DNA from: Tubulanus polymorphus
Lineage: Eukaryota; Animalia; Nemertea
Reading direction: 5' to 3'
Assembly: GCF_964204645.1 (NCBI RefSeq)
Contig: NW_027437442.1
Span: 61,001-125,000 of the forward strand
Length of the DNA stretch: 64,000 nt
Below are positions 38,033 through 48,787 of this stretch, piece by piece. The position numbers were made by a program, and so were the translations under genes. Position 1 is the first letter of the stretch, and each line of letters starts with the position of its first letter. The notes beneath the pieces are model-generated. The model had not been told where the DNA came from and ran no database searches. It worked only from the letters and a program-made list of their open reading frames with translations.

Positions 38033-39002
38033 GAATGATGCAATCGTGAGTTGAAATAATACCTGAAAAAATCGATGCACAGACATTTACTTTATATATC
38101 TACTTGAACAATCGAGCCTACTCAGTAATATACTCAGTTTTTACGAAACCTGGAGTTTTTGTTTCAGAGAAATTTGAGTATCAGTATCCGATGCTATATA
38201 CTAACGTTAACGTTAGTTATCATCGCTCCGTCATGCTAAGTTATACATTTCATGTCAACCAGTATCTACGGGCAGCTGTACAGTGTGTACACACTATATC
38301 TGAATACGAGGCTGGAATAACAGGCTCACTTCACGTAGGTTCATGATGAGGAGAAACTCGCAGCTGATCCCCGGAACGACGATGTAGTAACACACGTCGA
38401 TTCGTCGATGTTTACGGCTCGACAGTGCTTTTAAAATCTAATGTAGTAAATTTCCAGTGTATCGGTAATATGATTTGATGAGGAAAATGGGCTATTGTTA
38501 AAATCACTGTTTGAAGACCACGACTGAATGTGAAGTCTGCGGCAATAAATTAGTTCATTTATACTTGAATTGATAATCGAAGTGACAGTCGGCCTGCGGG
38601 TTGATTTCGGGATGACGACTCGAAAAACATGTCGCCCCATTGAATGGGGCTAAATTTTCGATGTTTACGGCCCGACAGCGCTTTTGTAACGATGATTCGT
38701 GAAAAAACACGCGGGCTATTTGTAGATCTCAGTGAGCTGAACGATATTATATGGATTGTATATGAAACAGCGGTAAGGTAACAAAGCCTATGTTCTTTTG
38801 GTAAAAATAGTGTGGAAGAAAATAATAATAATAATAATCACGCGGATATCAATAGGGTTTTCTGTGAAATAACAGAAAACCCTAATTACAATTGGATTAG
38901 TAACAGTTATTATATTATCCGGTGTAATATATAAATCAAAATTCAAATCCGATGATAAAGATGATTGCAATGACAATATTATTATTAATGGATTAAAAGA
39001 AG

Positions 39003-40115
39003 ATGAAAAAAGAACAATATTTAAGAGATTTATATTATAACCCAGAAAGTGAAGTATCATATTCTAACGTTACAGAATTATGGGGTAAAATTAAATCTGA
39101 TAATGAAAATGGTGCCGTACGGCACCCACATGGTGATATAAAATATAGTGAATTAAAATCATGGTTACAAAATCAACCAACATATCAAATCCACAAGAAA
39201 ATCGATAAAACTTATTTAACAAGAAAAGTTATAGTTTCATATATCGATCAACAATGGCAAGCAGATTTAATTGACATGAAGAACTTAGAAGAATACAACA
39301 AAGGATATTTCTGGATATTAAATGTTATAGATATATTCAGTAGATACGCATGGTCAATTCCAATCAAAAATAAAACTGGTATAGAAGTTACAAATGCTTC
39401 TAAATCTATATTTAAAGAAGCTATTCCAGATAAGATACAATTTGATGAAGGTAAGGAATTTTATAACAAACACTTCAAAAAACTATTATCTGAAAACGAT
39501 GTAGATTATTTTTCAACACATTCAGATAAAAAAGCATCTATTATAGAAAGATTTAATAAAACATTGAAAACTAGAATGTGGAAATATTTTACTGCTAATG
39601 AAACATATAAATATATCGATGTATTAGATGATTTAGTGAAAGGTTATAATAATTCTAAACATAGTTCTATAAATATGAAACCTATACAAGCTAGAAAAGA
39701 AGATAATTCGGAAATAGTTTGGAATAATTTATATGGTGCGTTTGTTACACATGATTTCGGAGAACCTAAATTTAAAATAGGACAACACGTTAGAATATCT
39801 AAATATAGAAAAACATTTTATAAAGGTTATACCCCAAATTTTACAGAAGAAATATTCAAGATTAAAAAGATAATATTAACTAAACCTTTTGTTTATAAAC
39901 TAGAAGATCTAAAAGATGAAGAAATATTAGGTTATTTCTATGAACAAGAATTATCACTTGTACCAAACCCAGATGAAATAGAATACAAAATAGAAAAAGT
40001 ATTGAAAACAAAAACTCTTAAAGGAAAAAAGTATTCTTTGGTGAAATATAAAGGATACGATGATAAATTTAATGAATGGATTTTATCTAGTAAAATTAAA
40101 AGAATAAATGAATAA
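39003..40115 (+). CDS. Retroviral-like (rve) DDE integrase with a C-terminal chromo-like domain
   Basis: Intact 370 aa: WQADLIDM, IDIFSRYAW, QFDEGKEF, IERFNKTLK, YNNSKHSSI..KP, FKIGQHVRI, YKIEKVL...LVKYKGYD..FNEWI. Confidence 0.96.
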   Translation: MKKEQYLRDLYYNPESEVSYSNVTELWGKIKSDNENGAVRHPHGDIKYSELKSWLQNQPTYQIHKKIDKTYLTRKVIVSYIDQQWQADLIDMKNLEEYNKGYFWILNVIDIFSRYAWSIPIKNKTGIEVTNASKSIFKEAIPDKIQFDEGKEFYNKHFKKLLSENDVDYFSTHSDKKASIIERFNKTLKTRMWKYFTANETYKYIDVLDDLVKGYNNSKHSSINMKPIQARKEDNSEIVWNNLYGAFVTHDFGEPKFKIGQHVRISKYRKTFYKGYTPNFTEEIFKIKKIILTKPFVYKLEDLKDEEILGYFYEQELSLVPNPDEIEYKIEKVLKTKTLKGKKYSLVKYKGYDDKFNEWILSSKIKRINE

Positions 40116-40718
40116 AGATTTATTTATATTCGAACCGCATAATATGTTAGTTACTGGTGTAACCAATTGTGGTAAAACACATTTCATATTAGATTTGTTA
40201 GAAACTATTTATAAGAATCATTTTGATAATATAATATTATTCTGTCCTACTTATGAAATGAATAAAACATATAATAGAGATATAGTTAAGATAAAAAAGT
40301 TTATTATATTAAATCCTAAAACAGTAAAAGAAAATTTAGATAATTGTATAAAAATAGCAATTGATACTTATAAAGGATCAAATACATTATTTATTATAGA
40401 TGATTGCGCAAATTTACATGATTCAAAAGTTAGAGAAAGTGAGTTATGTTATCTAGCTTTCTCTGGGAGACATTTTGGGATAACAACATGGGTTTTAAAT
40501 CTAAATTTATTTCAATTGTTAAAGACTTTAGGGAGAATATAAGATTTCTAGTTTTATTTCATAACAAAGATAAAAAATCTATGCAACAATCATTGGAAGA
40601 AAATCAAATTATACCTACTGAATTACATGATGAATATATGAATAAATTAAAGAATAATAAAGGTTCAACATTATTAGTGAGATTACAATTTCCTTATGAA
40701 TATAAATTTATAAAATAA
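40108..40718 (+). CDS. A32/FtsK-like genome packaging ATPase (frameshifted near 40505)
   Basis: Walker A GVTNCGKT, Walker B FIIDD, SGRHFGITTWVL arginine-finger region; the C-terminus is in the 40446-40718 frame. Confidence 0.92.
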
Positions 40719-41276
40719 AATTTATATACCTATGTATTAGATACCCTATTAGATACCCTAATACCTGATACCCTATTAGATACCCTCATACCTGATACCC
40801 TATTAGATACCTTAAATACTTAAAACCCCCTTTTTTAAAATAAATATTATTTATACAATTTTCAACCAATTTATTTTTATTTTTTCAACTAATATATGAA
40901 TAAGTTTGAAAATAATAAAGGTTATTTATTATTACTGAGGTTTCAATTTCCATATGAATATCAGTTTATAAAATAAGATATTTTATGTATTAGATTGTAT
41001 TAGATATGTATTAGATATGTATTGGATACCTTAAATACCTTAAATACTTAAAACCCCCTTTTTTATTTACTATTATTTTATACAATTTTCAACCTTTATT
41101 ACTTTTTGAGTTAAATATAATTAATATCTTAATCACTGTCACTATCAGACCCCCCTAACAATTTATTCAAATTCTCTATTATTTTTATACTTATTTTTCA
41201 CCTTTTTTACCGCATCATCAATAGTTGTTTCATTGTTATGCTTATTCATCCAATCAAATTTATCATTATTTTCTAC

Positions 41277-41939
41277 TTAATGTTTCATAGAATCTTTATT
41301 AGTGTTTGCTCCTAATATTTTATTTACAGTGTTTGATCCTAATATTTCATTAGCATCGGTTAGATCTAATTCATCTTTATTAGGTGTTGCTAATAATAAA
41401 TCTTCATATATTTTTTCACCATTTACTTTTTGATTTGAAACAAACTTTGTAACATATCTAAATGGGTGTTCTATAAATTCTTTTAAACCAACACGTTCTA
41501 TAACATTATTTATATGTACCCTTGTATTCATATGTTTATTCCAATTTGATGTAGCGTTTGAAAATTCACTTTTACAATATCCACAATAATTTCTATTTTC
41601 ACTAACATTTAATATTATTTCATTATTAGATGTAGAAGGTATTACATTATTAGATGTAGTAGGTATTACATTATTAGATGTAGAAGGTATTACATTATTA
41701 GATGTAGAAGGTATTACATTATTAGATGTAGGAGGTATTACATTACTATCAATTACATTACTTAAATTATCAACAACACCACTTTTATTATTATCGATTT
41801 CTATTAGTTTAGTTTTATAAATTTTGAAAATAGGATCAAATATCAAAGCTATATTACAAGGTATTACATAATATAAACCATCATTATTTTCATGTGTATC
41901 GATGTATGGAATATGTTTATATACTTTACCTCCTTCCAT
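41277..41939 (-). CDS. Viral hypothetical protein with NNVIPSTS repeats and a C2H2-like finger
   Basis: 220-aa ORF; 24-bp tandem repeat ~41620-41750; YCGYC...HMNTRVH. Confidence 0.7.
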   Translation of the reverse strand: MEGGKVYKHIPYIDTHENNDGLYYVIPCNIALIFDPIFKIYKTKLIEIDNNKSGVVDNLSNVIDSNVIPPTSNNVIPSTSNNVIPSTSNNVIPTTSNNVIPSTSNNEIILNVSENRNYCGYCKSEFSNATSNWNKHMNTRVHINNVIERVGLKEFIEHPFRYVTKFVSNQKVNGEKIYEDLLLATPNKDELDLTDANEILGSNTVNKILGANTNKDSMKH

Positions 41940-41971
41940 TTATTATATAAATTTTTATTAAAGTTAAAATT

Positions 41972-43220
41972 TTAATACATAACACTATTTAATTGAGAAT
42001 TTACAATAATTAATTGCGCGTCAGATATAATATAAATGTGCATTTTGAAATTTTTGATTCCTTTATTCTTTGTCCTGAATAATTGTATTCCATCTTTAGT
42101 GTTTTGCAGTTTTTTTCCAGAACCATTTAATGAATTATTCTCTGTTGTTCTAAAATCTAACCATAATGCATATTTATTACCGGTATAATAATCAATTTGA
42201 TTAATGTTACAATTTTCAGATGATTTCACTTTTTCATTCATAAAATGTTTTCTAATTTCTGGCCATTGATCTATCATTCTCATTCCTTGACAAAATATTT
42301 TATTTGCTATTCCTTCGATAGTTATTTCTACTTTTATTATTTCAGGATTATAATAATTATCAACATTTATTGCGCCATTAGTATATGTTGGAATGGTAAA
42401 AAAATATTAATATACCTTTAATAGATCTTATTGGGAAGTTAATATTCTCATTAATAATTTCATCATTTGCATTAATAGTTACAGTTTTAAATTTATCAAT
42501 ATAATCATATAATAATGAAAATCCTTGATTGTATTGAGTTTGAATTATACTTGAAATATTTTCATCAGTTACTGTATCATATTCTAAACATATATTCGAT
42601 AATTTATAACTCATATCTTTATTAACGCTAGATATTACAATTTCATTTACAGGAGCAAATGTTATTTCGAATATAACGTCTTCTTGAATTGCGTATTTAT
42701 ATAAAGGTGCATTGTTATTTATCAATTCAAAGTCTAATGGAATTTTATATTTGCTTCCATATATACTTTTTATCAATTTATCTACAGCATTAGTTAATAT
42801 TGCGCTATTAGCTTCTGATCTTAATTTATTTTGGTTTTCTGATTGGATGCCTTGAAATATCATATTATTTCTATTTTCTTTAGTTAACCATAAATCTTTA
42901 TAATGCATAAATAAATTATAATCATCAAATGAGAAAACTGTTTCGGGACCAATCTTTATAGTTAATTTTTTAATCAAATATCTTCCAACATTATCAACAA
43001 CATAATTATTATTATTACCGGTTACGTTTATATCGGCTGATAAATAAGTACTATTTGGAACATAAAAAGTATTTTGTGTTAATCGAGGAATTCTAACATA
43101 TAAAGTTTCATCAGGATTAATATTAGAAGGGTTATGAGTAATTATATGATGTGATCTTTCTGCTTTAATAGCATTAGATATTCTATGATTCTTAGAAGGA
43201 TTGATATAACTCCCACTCAT
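41972..43220 (-). CDS. Probable major capsid protein (double jelly-roll), frameshifted near 42400
   Basis: About 415 aa when joined; beta-rich pattern (THNPSNI...LYVRIP, NVGRYLIKKLTIKI, YKIPLDF, ICLEYDTV, YALWLDFR) recognised as a polinton-like virus capsid type; position in the structural block. Confidence 0.75.
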
Positions 43221-43240
43221 TTATTTAACAAATAAATTAA

Positions 43241-44701
43241 TTATTTATTTTTTATCATGTTTAGTAACCCAAAAATAATTGCACTTACAACTGTAATTAA
43301 AAATAAAATAATATGTTCAGCAGCAAAGTTAATAATGTTTCCTGCAGATTTCAATATAAAACCAACAATTGATGCAATAACTCCTGGCAATGCAGCAGCA
43401 GATTTTTTAGATAGTTCCCATAAATATTTTGCTAATTTCTTTAAACCATCCTTAACTTTATCTTGTATAGAATTATCATTCGGGGGTTTATCTGGTTTAT
43501 TTGGAGTAGGAGTAGATTTTAAAGCATTTGATATTGCTAAACCAATTGTTGTAAATAACATAGTTACAGCTGTTAGAAATGAAAGAATTGTTATTCCTTC
43601 TAATTCAAATAACAATTTTATTCTATCTTTCAATGATATTTCAGAATTTGGTTTTATCAACAAATCTTTAAAAATAACTTTTAATCTATTAATATTATAA
43701 TCATATGATTTTAATAATAATTTAATTTCTTCTTTTTGTAATTCTATGTTATAGTCTAAATCATCTTTTTCTTTTTCTAAATACGCATTTCTTTTTTTAA
43801 ATTCGATTTCTTCAATAACTTTATTATCTCTATCTAATTTTAGTTGTTCCGATTCTTTTCTTGATTTAAATAATTCATCTTCTAAAGTTCTAATTTTTAA
43901 ATCTCTTATACTTTTATCATGCGCAATTTTATCAGATGCAAGTCTTATACTAATAATTTCTCTAATTGCTTTATCAGAAAATATATTATTTAAATCTTCT
44001 AATTGTTGATCTGTTGCATCAAGTAATCCATTTGGTAAAAGTTTTTCAATTGGAACTTTATTTGATTTAAGTTTACTAGTTTTGGAATTTATATTCTGTT
44101 CGGAGTTTCTTTCTGGTTCTAAATTATTATCGATTATTTTTAATAAGTCATCAATTCTTTCACTAAATACTCTTATATTATCATCTCTTTCTTCTTGTGT
44201 AACATCAGTTATTTCATTACTAATACTTATTCTTTTAATTATATCTGGTTTTAATTTTCTCAAAGTTGATTCCGCTAATATTTTATTTAGTTTTGTCTTT
44301 TGATTAGTGATATCAATATAATAATCATCTTTCAATTTATAATAATATTCACCATTTAAATATTTTAAATCTTCTACTAAAAATCTGGCACCTCTGTAAT
44401 TTATATTATATCCAGATCTTTCAAATGCACGTTGAAACTTATATATAAATTCTTTATTTTCAAAATCTCGACTCGATAAACCTTGATTTCCATTTTCAGG
44501 ATTTATTCTCGATTTAGTTCTTCTATCAAATTCATCTGTTAATGGGGCTTTAGAACCACTATCTGCTAAATTAGAATTATATGTTGATTCATTACCATCA
44601 TCAATATTAGTTTCTGCATCATTATAATCATCATCAATATATCCTTCATTATTATTTCCCATTTCTCCCATTTCATAATCTTCTCCACCTTCTACATCCA
44701 T
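43241..44701 (-). CDS. Coiled-coil protein with C-terminal hydrophobic/amphipathic helices (putative virion membrane or entry protein)
   Basis: Intact 486 aa: acidic N-terminus, heptad-rich middle, TM-like segment, Pro linker, then two further hydrophobic helices. Confidence 0.75.
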   Translation of the reverse strand: MDVEGGEDYEMGEMGNNNEGYIDDDYNDAETNIDDGNESTYNSNLADSGSKAPLTDEFDRRTKSRINPENGNQGLSSRDFENKEFIYKFQRAFERSGYNINYRGARFLVEDLKYLNGEYYYKLKDDYYIDITNQKTKLNKILAESTLRKLKPDIIKRISISNEITDVTQEERDDNIRVFSERIDDLLKIIDNNLEPERNSEQNINSKTSKLKSNKVPIEKLLPNGLLDATDQQLEDLNNIFSDKAIREIISIRLASDKIAHDKSIRDLKIRTLEDELFKSRKESEQLKLDRDNKVIEEIEFKKRNAYLEKEKDDLDYNIELQKEEIKLLLKSYDYNINRLKVIFKDLLIKPNSEISLKDRIKLLFELEGITILSFLTAVTMLFTTIGLAISNALKSTPTPNKPDKPPNDNSIQDKVKDGLKKLAKYLWELSKKSAAALPGVIASIVGFILKSAGNIINFAAEHIILFLITVVSAIIFGLLNMIKNK

Positions 44702-44717
44702 TTACATAATAAAAAAA

Positions 44718-46133
44718 TTAAAATTTAAAATATAATATTCCTCCGATTACAATTCCTATACAAGTTATAGCTAATTTAGTATTTTCATGGGATTTATTAT
44801 CATCATTTAGTTTAATTATATCATGTTGAATATCACCGTGTGGGTGCCATACGGCACCATTATCAGTTTTTATATTTTCTGATGTATTGTAATCTTTTAT
44901 TTTAGAATCATTATTTAATTTAATATTCTTAGTTTTAGTTTCTGTTGATTGAATATGTTTTTTATTTTTTTCACCTACCATTAATTTTGGAGCAGTAATA
45001 ATCTTTTTATTTATATCATTCAATCCAAATGAATTATTTATTGTTGCAGTTTTAATTAGATTATTATAACCAATTATATTTCCCATCTTTAATACTAAAT
45101 CATTAGAAATAATTGATAGATTAGGGCCTATACAATAATTTAGTCTTACATGTGATTTATCTAAATAATTTTGATATCTTACAATGTTTTCTGGAATCGA
45201 TCTATTTTTATCATTATGAATAGAATCTTCAAATGATACTTTGAATTGTTTCTGTGTATCAAATGATGTATTTAAATTTCCAATTATTGGGGATCTTGTG
45301 TCAACTTGCGCACCTAAAATACATATCAAATAAGTTCTAATAGATTGATTTATTCTTTTTACACCTGATTTTGTAAAACCTTCATTATTTTCTAAAATGA
45401 AATAAACCCAACCATTATTGTTTTCTTGTTTTAAATTATCATAAAATGTCGGTAATTTATTGAAATTTAATGTTTCTAAATCCTTAGTTTCTATTTTACC
45501 ATAACCTAATTTATTACTATAGATATTATACAAACTATTAGATGGTATGGGAAGTGCACAATATTCTCCAATCTTTTTAGGGCAAGGAAGTGATCTTATT
45601 GTTCCAATTTTTGTTCAAAAATCAGAATTATTTATATCTATATTAAATTCATTACAAATTTTATAAAACTTTGATAAATTAATATTATTATCTAATTCTT
45701 TAAAATACCTAGATCCTGGTAAAGCGCACTCTAATTCATTTAATATTATTCTGATTTGAAACTATGTATGAAATCTAAATAAACTTTGAATTAATTTATA
45801 TTTAGAATTATTCAAATGATCATTCCAACTAATTCCACAACCTGTTGTTGCACAATAAACTGCAAAATTTAATTGGTTCTGCCAATACTTCATATTAGAT
45901 TTTAATAACCATTGTTTTTCATCTTTCAATTTTTTAAAATTAATTGTATACACATGAAATATATTTTCCATCTTTGCATTAAAATTATTAGTTTCAGTTA
46001 CATAAATTTCTAAATTAGTAAATGAATCTAAAACTTCATTTCTATATGTAATATCTTTATTAAAATCTATTGCTGGAATATTATATTTAATTGATTTATT
46101 ATATTGGAAAGCTTTTGGAAAACTATCTACCAT
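44718..46133 (-). CDS. Conserved viral hypothetical protein with C-terminal TM anchor (disrupted; track ORFs 45762-46133 and 44718-45533)
   Basis: WQNQLNFAVYCATTGCGIS N-terminal block; coding-like sequence continues through the gap; terminal LAITCIGIVIGGILYF. Confidence 0.7.
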
Positions 46134-46157
46134 TTATTTAATTAAAAAATTAATAAT

Positions 46158-46584
46158 TTATTTATTCTTTTAATAATTTATCTTGTTCTTCAACTGTTAT
46201 ATGACCATTTAAACTTATTATATAATCTAGTGTATTCTTCAATTTATTAATTTCTTTTATATTAGTTTTAATTTTTTCTTTATTACTTTTTATATTTAAT
46301 TTTGAACTTATACCAGTTAAAACACTTGAACTTAATCCTTATACACCAATTGATATAGCTAAAGGTGTTAATGGGCTGAATATTGCTAGAAATGTTATTA
46401 CAGAACTAATTGTAACCGAACCACTGATAGTAAGATAATATATAATTTTACTTTTTAAATATTTTTTCTTTTTAACTTTTAAGTCACTTTAAAATTCTAA
46501 TATTTGTTTTTCTAAATATGTTTTTAATTTAGTTTTATTTATATCATGAGCAATAATATCAATATTATCAACATTATCTCCCAT
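46158..46584 (-). pseudogene. Small 2-TM viral protein gene with two in-frame stops (not in the ORF track)
   Basis: TAAATG start; reads MGDNVDNIDII...YYLTISGSVTISSVITFLAIFSPLTPLAISIGV*GLSSSVLTGISSKL... Confidence 0.65.
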
Positions 46585-46603
46585 TTATTTAGCAAAAAAA
46601 TTA

Positions 46604-47026
46604 CTAATTAGTAAACTTATACGCCACAAATATAACAATAACTGTTCCACCTAAAATCCAAATTATTTCATATTTCTTCTGTTCATTACTTGGGGTATAA
46701 TAATCTGATAATTTAGGTTTGTATAGATGTAATTTTTCTTTATTTGTTACTGCGTTATATAAACTCATTGCATCATCAACTGATTGAAAATCTCTATGTG
46801 AAATCTTCTGATCATATAATTCTTTATTGATGTAATCCATATAGTTTTGTCGTTTTTCTCTATATTCTTCCGCTGCTTTATTGTATTTCTCTAATGCTAA
46901 GTTATGTCTTTTTTGTTCTCCTAATGAACTATTTTTATCAATATGCTTAAATAAATAACCGCCACCAGTAAATGCTAAAGCGTTAACAATTGCCGATCCT
47001 ATAATAGTTATAATTGCAGAAGCCAT
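46604..47026 (-). CDS. Small viral protein with N- and C-terminal hydrophobic helices
   Basis: MASAIITIIGSAIVNALAFTGGGYLF...EQKRHNLALEKY...IIWILGGTVIVIFVAY. Confidence 0.8.
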   Translation of the reverse strand: MASAIITIIGSAIVNALAFTGGGYLFKHIDKNSSLGEQKRHNLALEKYNKAAEEYREKRQNYMDYINKELYDQKISHRDFQSVDDAMSLYNAVTNKEKLHLYKPKLSDYYTPSNEQKKYEIIWILGGTVIVIFVAYKFTN

Positions 47027-47050
47027 TTATTTAGCAAAAAAATTATGCAT

Positions 47051-47272
47051 TTATATGGGAGGAATATATTTTTGTTTTTCTAAATAATCAATAGTTAAAT
47101 TAGATAAAGTAACTGCTAATGTTAATTTTAAAATATCATTGATATCAAATCTATCAACATTAACACTTCCCATTTTGAATACTTTTTTTAATACCATTGA
47201 ATAACCAACAGTTCCAACTGATAGTAATGCTCCATTATATAATCCAGTTATTATCCACTTATTATCACTCAT
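47051..47272 (-). CDS. Small hydrophobic viral protein
   Basis: 73 aa, tightly packed, TAAATG start, two hydrophobic stretches. Confidence 0.75.
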   Translation of the reverse strand: MSDNKWIITGLYNGALLSVGTVGYSMVLKKVFKMGSVNVDRFDINDILKLTLAVTLSNLTIDYLEKQKYIPPI

Positions 47273-47614
47273 TTATTCATCAAAAAAATTACTATCATCA
47301 AAATATTTAGTTAACTTATTTATGATTAATTCAACATTTATTTCATTACTACTTTTATGATTATCATATATTTTGGTTAATATGTTTTTAATATCATCAA
47401 TAATTCCATCTTCGTTTAATTCATAATATTCTAAAGGTGATTTAATTAAATCAATTACTTTTTCTATATTATAATTTTCTTTATTTATCATTGATGCATT
47501 GTTAAATGATTTACTTTTTATATCAGTAATTACATCATTTAGTTTGATTCTCATTTCTTTACCATGTTTAAAATCAAACCCAAAACATATACTCGGTCCA
47601 ACAGTTATATTCAT
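47273..47614 (-). CDS. Viral hypothetical protein
   Basis: 113 aa, abuts its neighbour, TAAATG start. Confidence 0.7.
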   Translation of the reverse strand: MNITVGPSICFGFDFKHGKEMRIKLNDVITDIKSKSFNNASMINKENYNIEKVIDLIKSPLEYYELNEDGIIDDIKNILTKIYDNHKSSNEINVELIINKLTKYFDDSNFFDE

Positions 47615-47631
47615 TTATATAGTGAAAAAAA

Positions 47632-48390
47632 TTACTCTCTACATCTTATAACTAATTCATAAATTACAGGGAAATTATTTAAATCAATTAAGTATCCATT
47701 ATGATTTCTAATTTCTAATCTAAAATTATTAAAACGAGGAATGCATGGTTTGAAATCACATTCTGTTAAATTATAATTTTGCGTTCCAAATTCTTTAACA
47801 TTCTTCAATGGTAAAATGTTTAGTAAACCAGAATTACAAGTTATATCTTTAGTTGCTTCGAATGTTTTTGTAGGATCGATTAAATTGCAATAAATATAAA
47901 AATGCGTGTAAGGTATTAAGTTTGGTGTAACAGCATCAATATTTGTAAAAGATCTATCTGGAAGAATTCCTAACAGTTTAGCTATAGGTTTTTTTACCAT
48001 AAATTTATGTTTTTCACTATTAGACAACCTTATCTTTATTCTATCAGAACTATCACTTTTTAAAAATCTAATACTAAACCCGGAACTACTACCTAATTTG
48101 TGCCAGGCTTTTCTATTAATTTCTTGTGCTAATGTATCTAAATTATATAACCCCGGTTTTAAATATATATAGACCCATGAATCTATGTGTCTATTAAAAA
48201 CTAAAAAGGCTCTATGTTCAATAGTTTTATTCGATATATTATAAAAAGAATTGCATAAACTTATATTAACTAATTTTAAATCAACACAATTCTTAAATTC
48301 TCTATCTAATTGTACTAGTAAATTATGAGATTTATAATTTGTAAGTTTTCTTGAATCAACAAATATTCTGTATTCTTTTAATTCCGCCAT
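47632..48390 (-). CDS. Probable minor capsid protein (penton, single jelly-roll)
   Basis: IFVDSR start, LVNISLCNSFYNI, LKPGLYN, AKLLG, FYIYCNLI, LEIRNHNGYLIDLNN: the pattern typical of polinton/virophage pentons. Confidence 0.78.
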   Translation of the reverse strand: MAELKEYRIFVDSRKLTNYKSHNLLVQLDREFKNCVDLKLVNISLCNSFYNISNKTIEHRAFLVFNRHIDSWVYIYLKPGLYNLDTLAQEINRKAWHKLGSSSGFSIRFLKSDSSDRIKIRLSNSEKHKFMVKKPIAKLLGILPDRSFTNIDAVTPNLIPYTHFYIYCNLIDPTKTFEATKDITCNSGLLNILPLKNVKEFGTQNYNLTECDFKPCIPRFNNFRLEIRNHNGYLIDLNNFPVIYELVIRCRE

Positions 48391-48404
48391 TTATTTTACA
48401 TATT

Positions 48405-48758
48405 TTATTCGAAATCTATTTCGTGATGCCCTTTTTCATTCTTACCTTTGTATACGAAGTAGAAATCTCCAGAACATAATTCTTCTAGATCTTCACTTGA
48501 TAATCTATGAAATCTATTCGGTAAATATGTTCTGATTTTATATGTATTTCCTTTGAATCCTTCATATTCTAAGTGTATAACTAATTTATCTCCATAGTTA
48601 TTAGTAACTGTATCAATATTTGTAATTAGATATTTCTTATGGATTGTTAATTCTGTTAACTTTTTGAATTTATAATCTACAGATTTTACATTTGTTATAT
48701 CTTTAATTCTATCTAGAAATAATTTGTTGTTCTCACTGTGTGTTTGTTTACTCTCCAT
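48405..48758 (-). CDS. Small viral protein, possibly an OB-fold ssDNA-binding protein
   Basis: FKKLTEL...YLIT..TNNYGDKLVIHL...TYLPNRF...FVYKG; homologue in copy A. The fold assignment is a guess. Confidence 0.6.
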   Translation of the reverse strand: MESKQTHSENNKLFLDRIKDITNVKSVDYKFKKLTELTIHKKYLITNIDTVTNNYGDKLVIHLEYEGFKGNTYKIRTYLPNRFHRLSSEDLEELCSGDFYFVYKGKNEKGHHEIDFE

Positions 48759-48787
48759 TTATAATACATATTTTTATTAAAATTTGA

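Larger units (their letters stand above)
34340..38884 (-). mobile_element. Non-autonomous Helentron-like element carrying a 31-bp satellite and a captured RT fragment
   Basis: End hairpin agggttttctg...cagaaaaccct (38853-38884), matching sub-TIR gggttttctg (~34363) beside hairpin gctgcaaagccgc. Absent from copy A. Decayed RT motif DFNKAFDK at ~34400-34620. Confidence 0.78.
34149..38996 (+). pseudogene. Small viral membrane-protein gene upstream of the integrase, split by the 4.5-kb insertion
   Basis: 34149-34338 joined to 38885-38996 matches the contiguous copy A sequence 23923-24280 (MSDDIKKKPRSEKQ...ITIGLITVIIFTGVI...IMD). Confidence 0.75.

Noticed and set aside
43257-44303. Plus-strand ORFs 43257-43700 and 44082-44303
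   Set aside because: Antisense shadows of the 486-aa gene, with no TAAATG start or independent motif.
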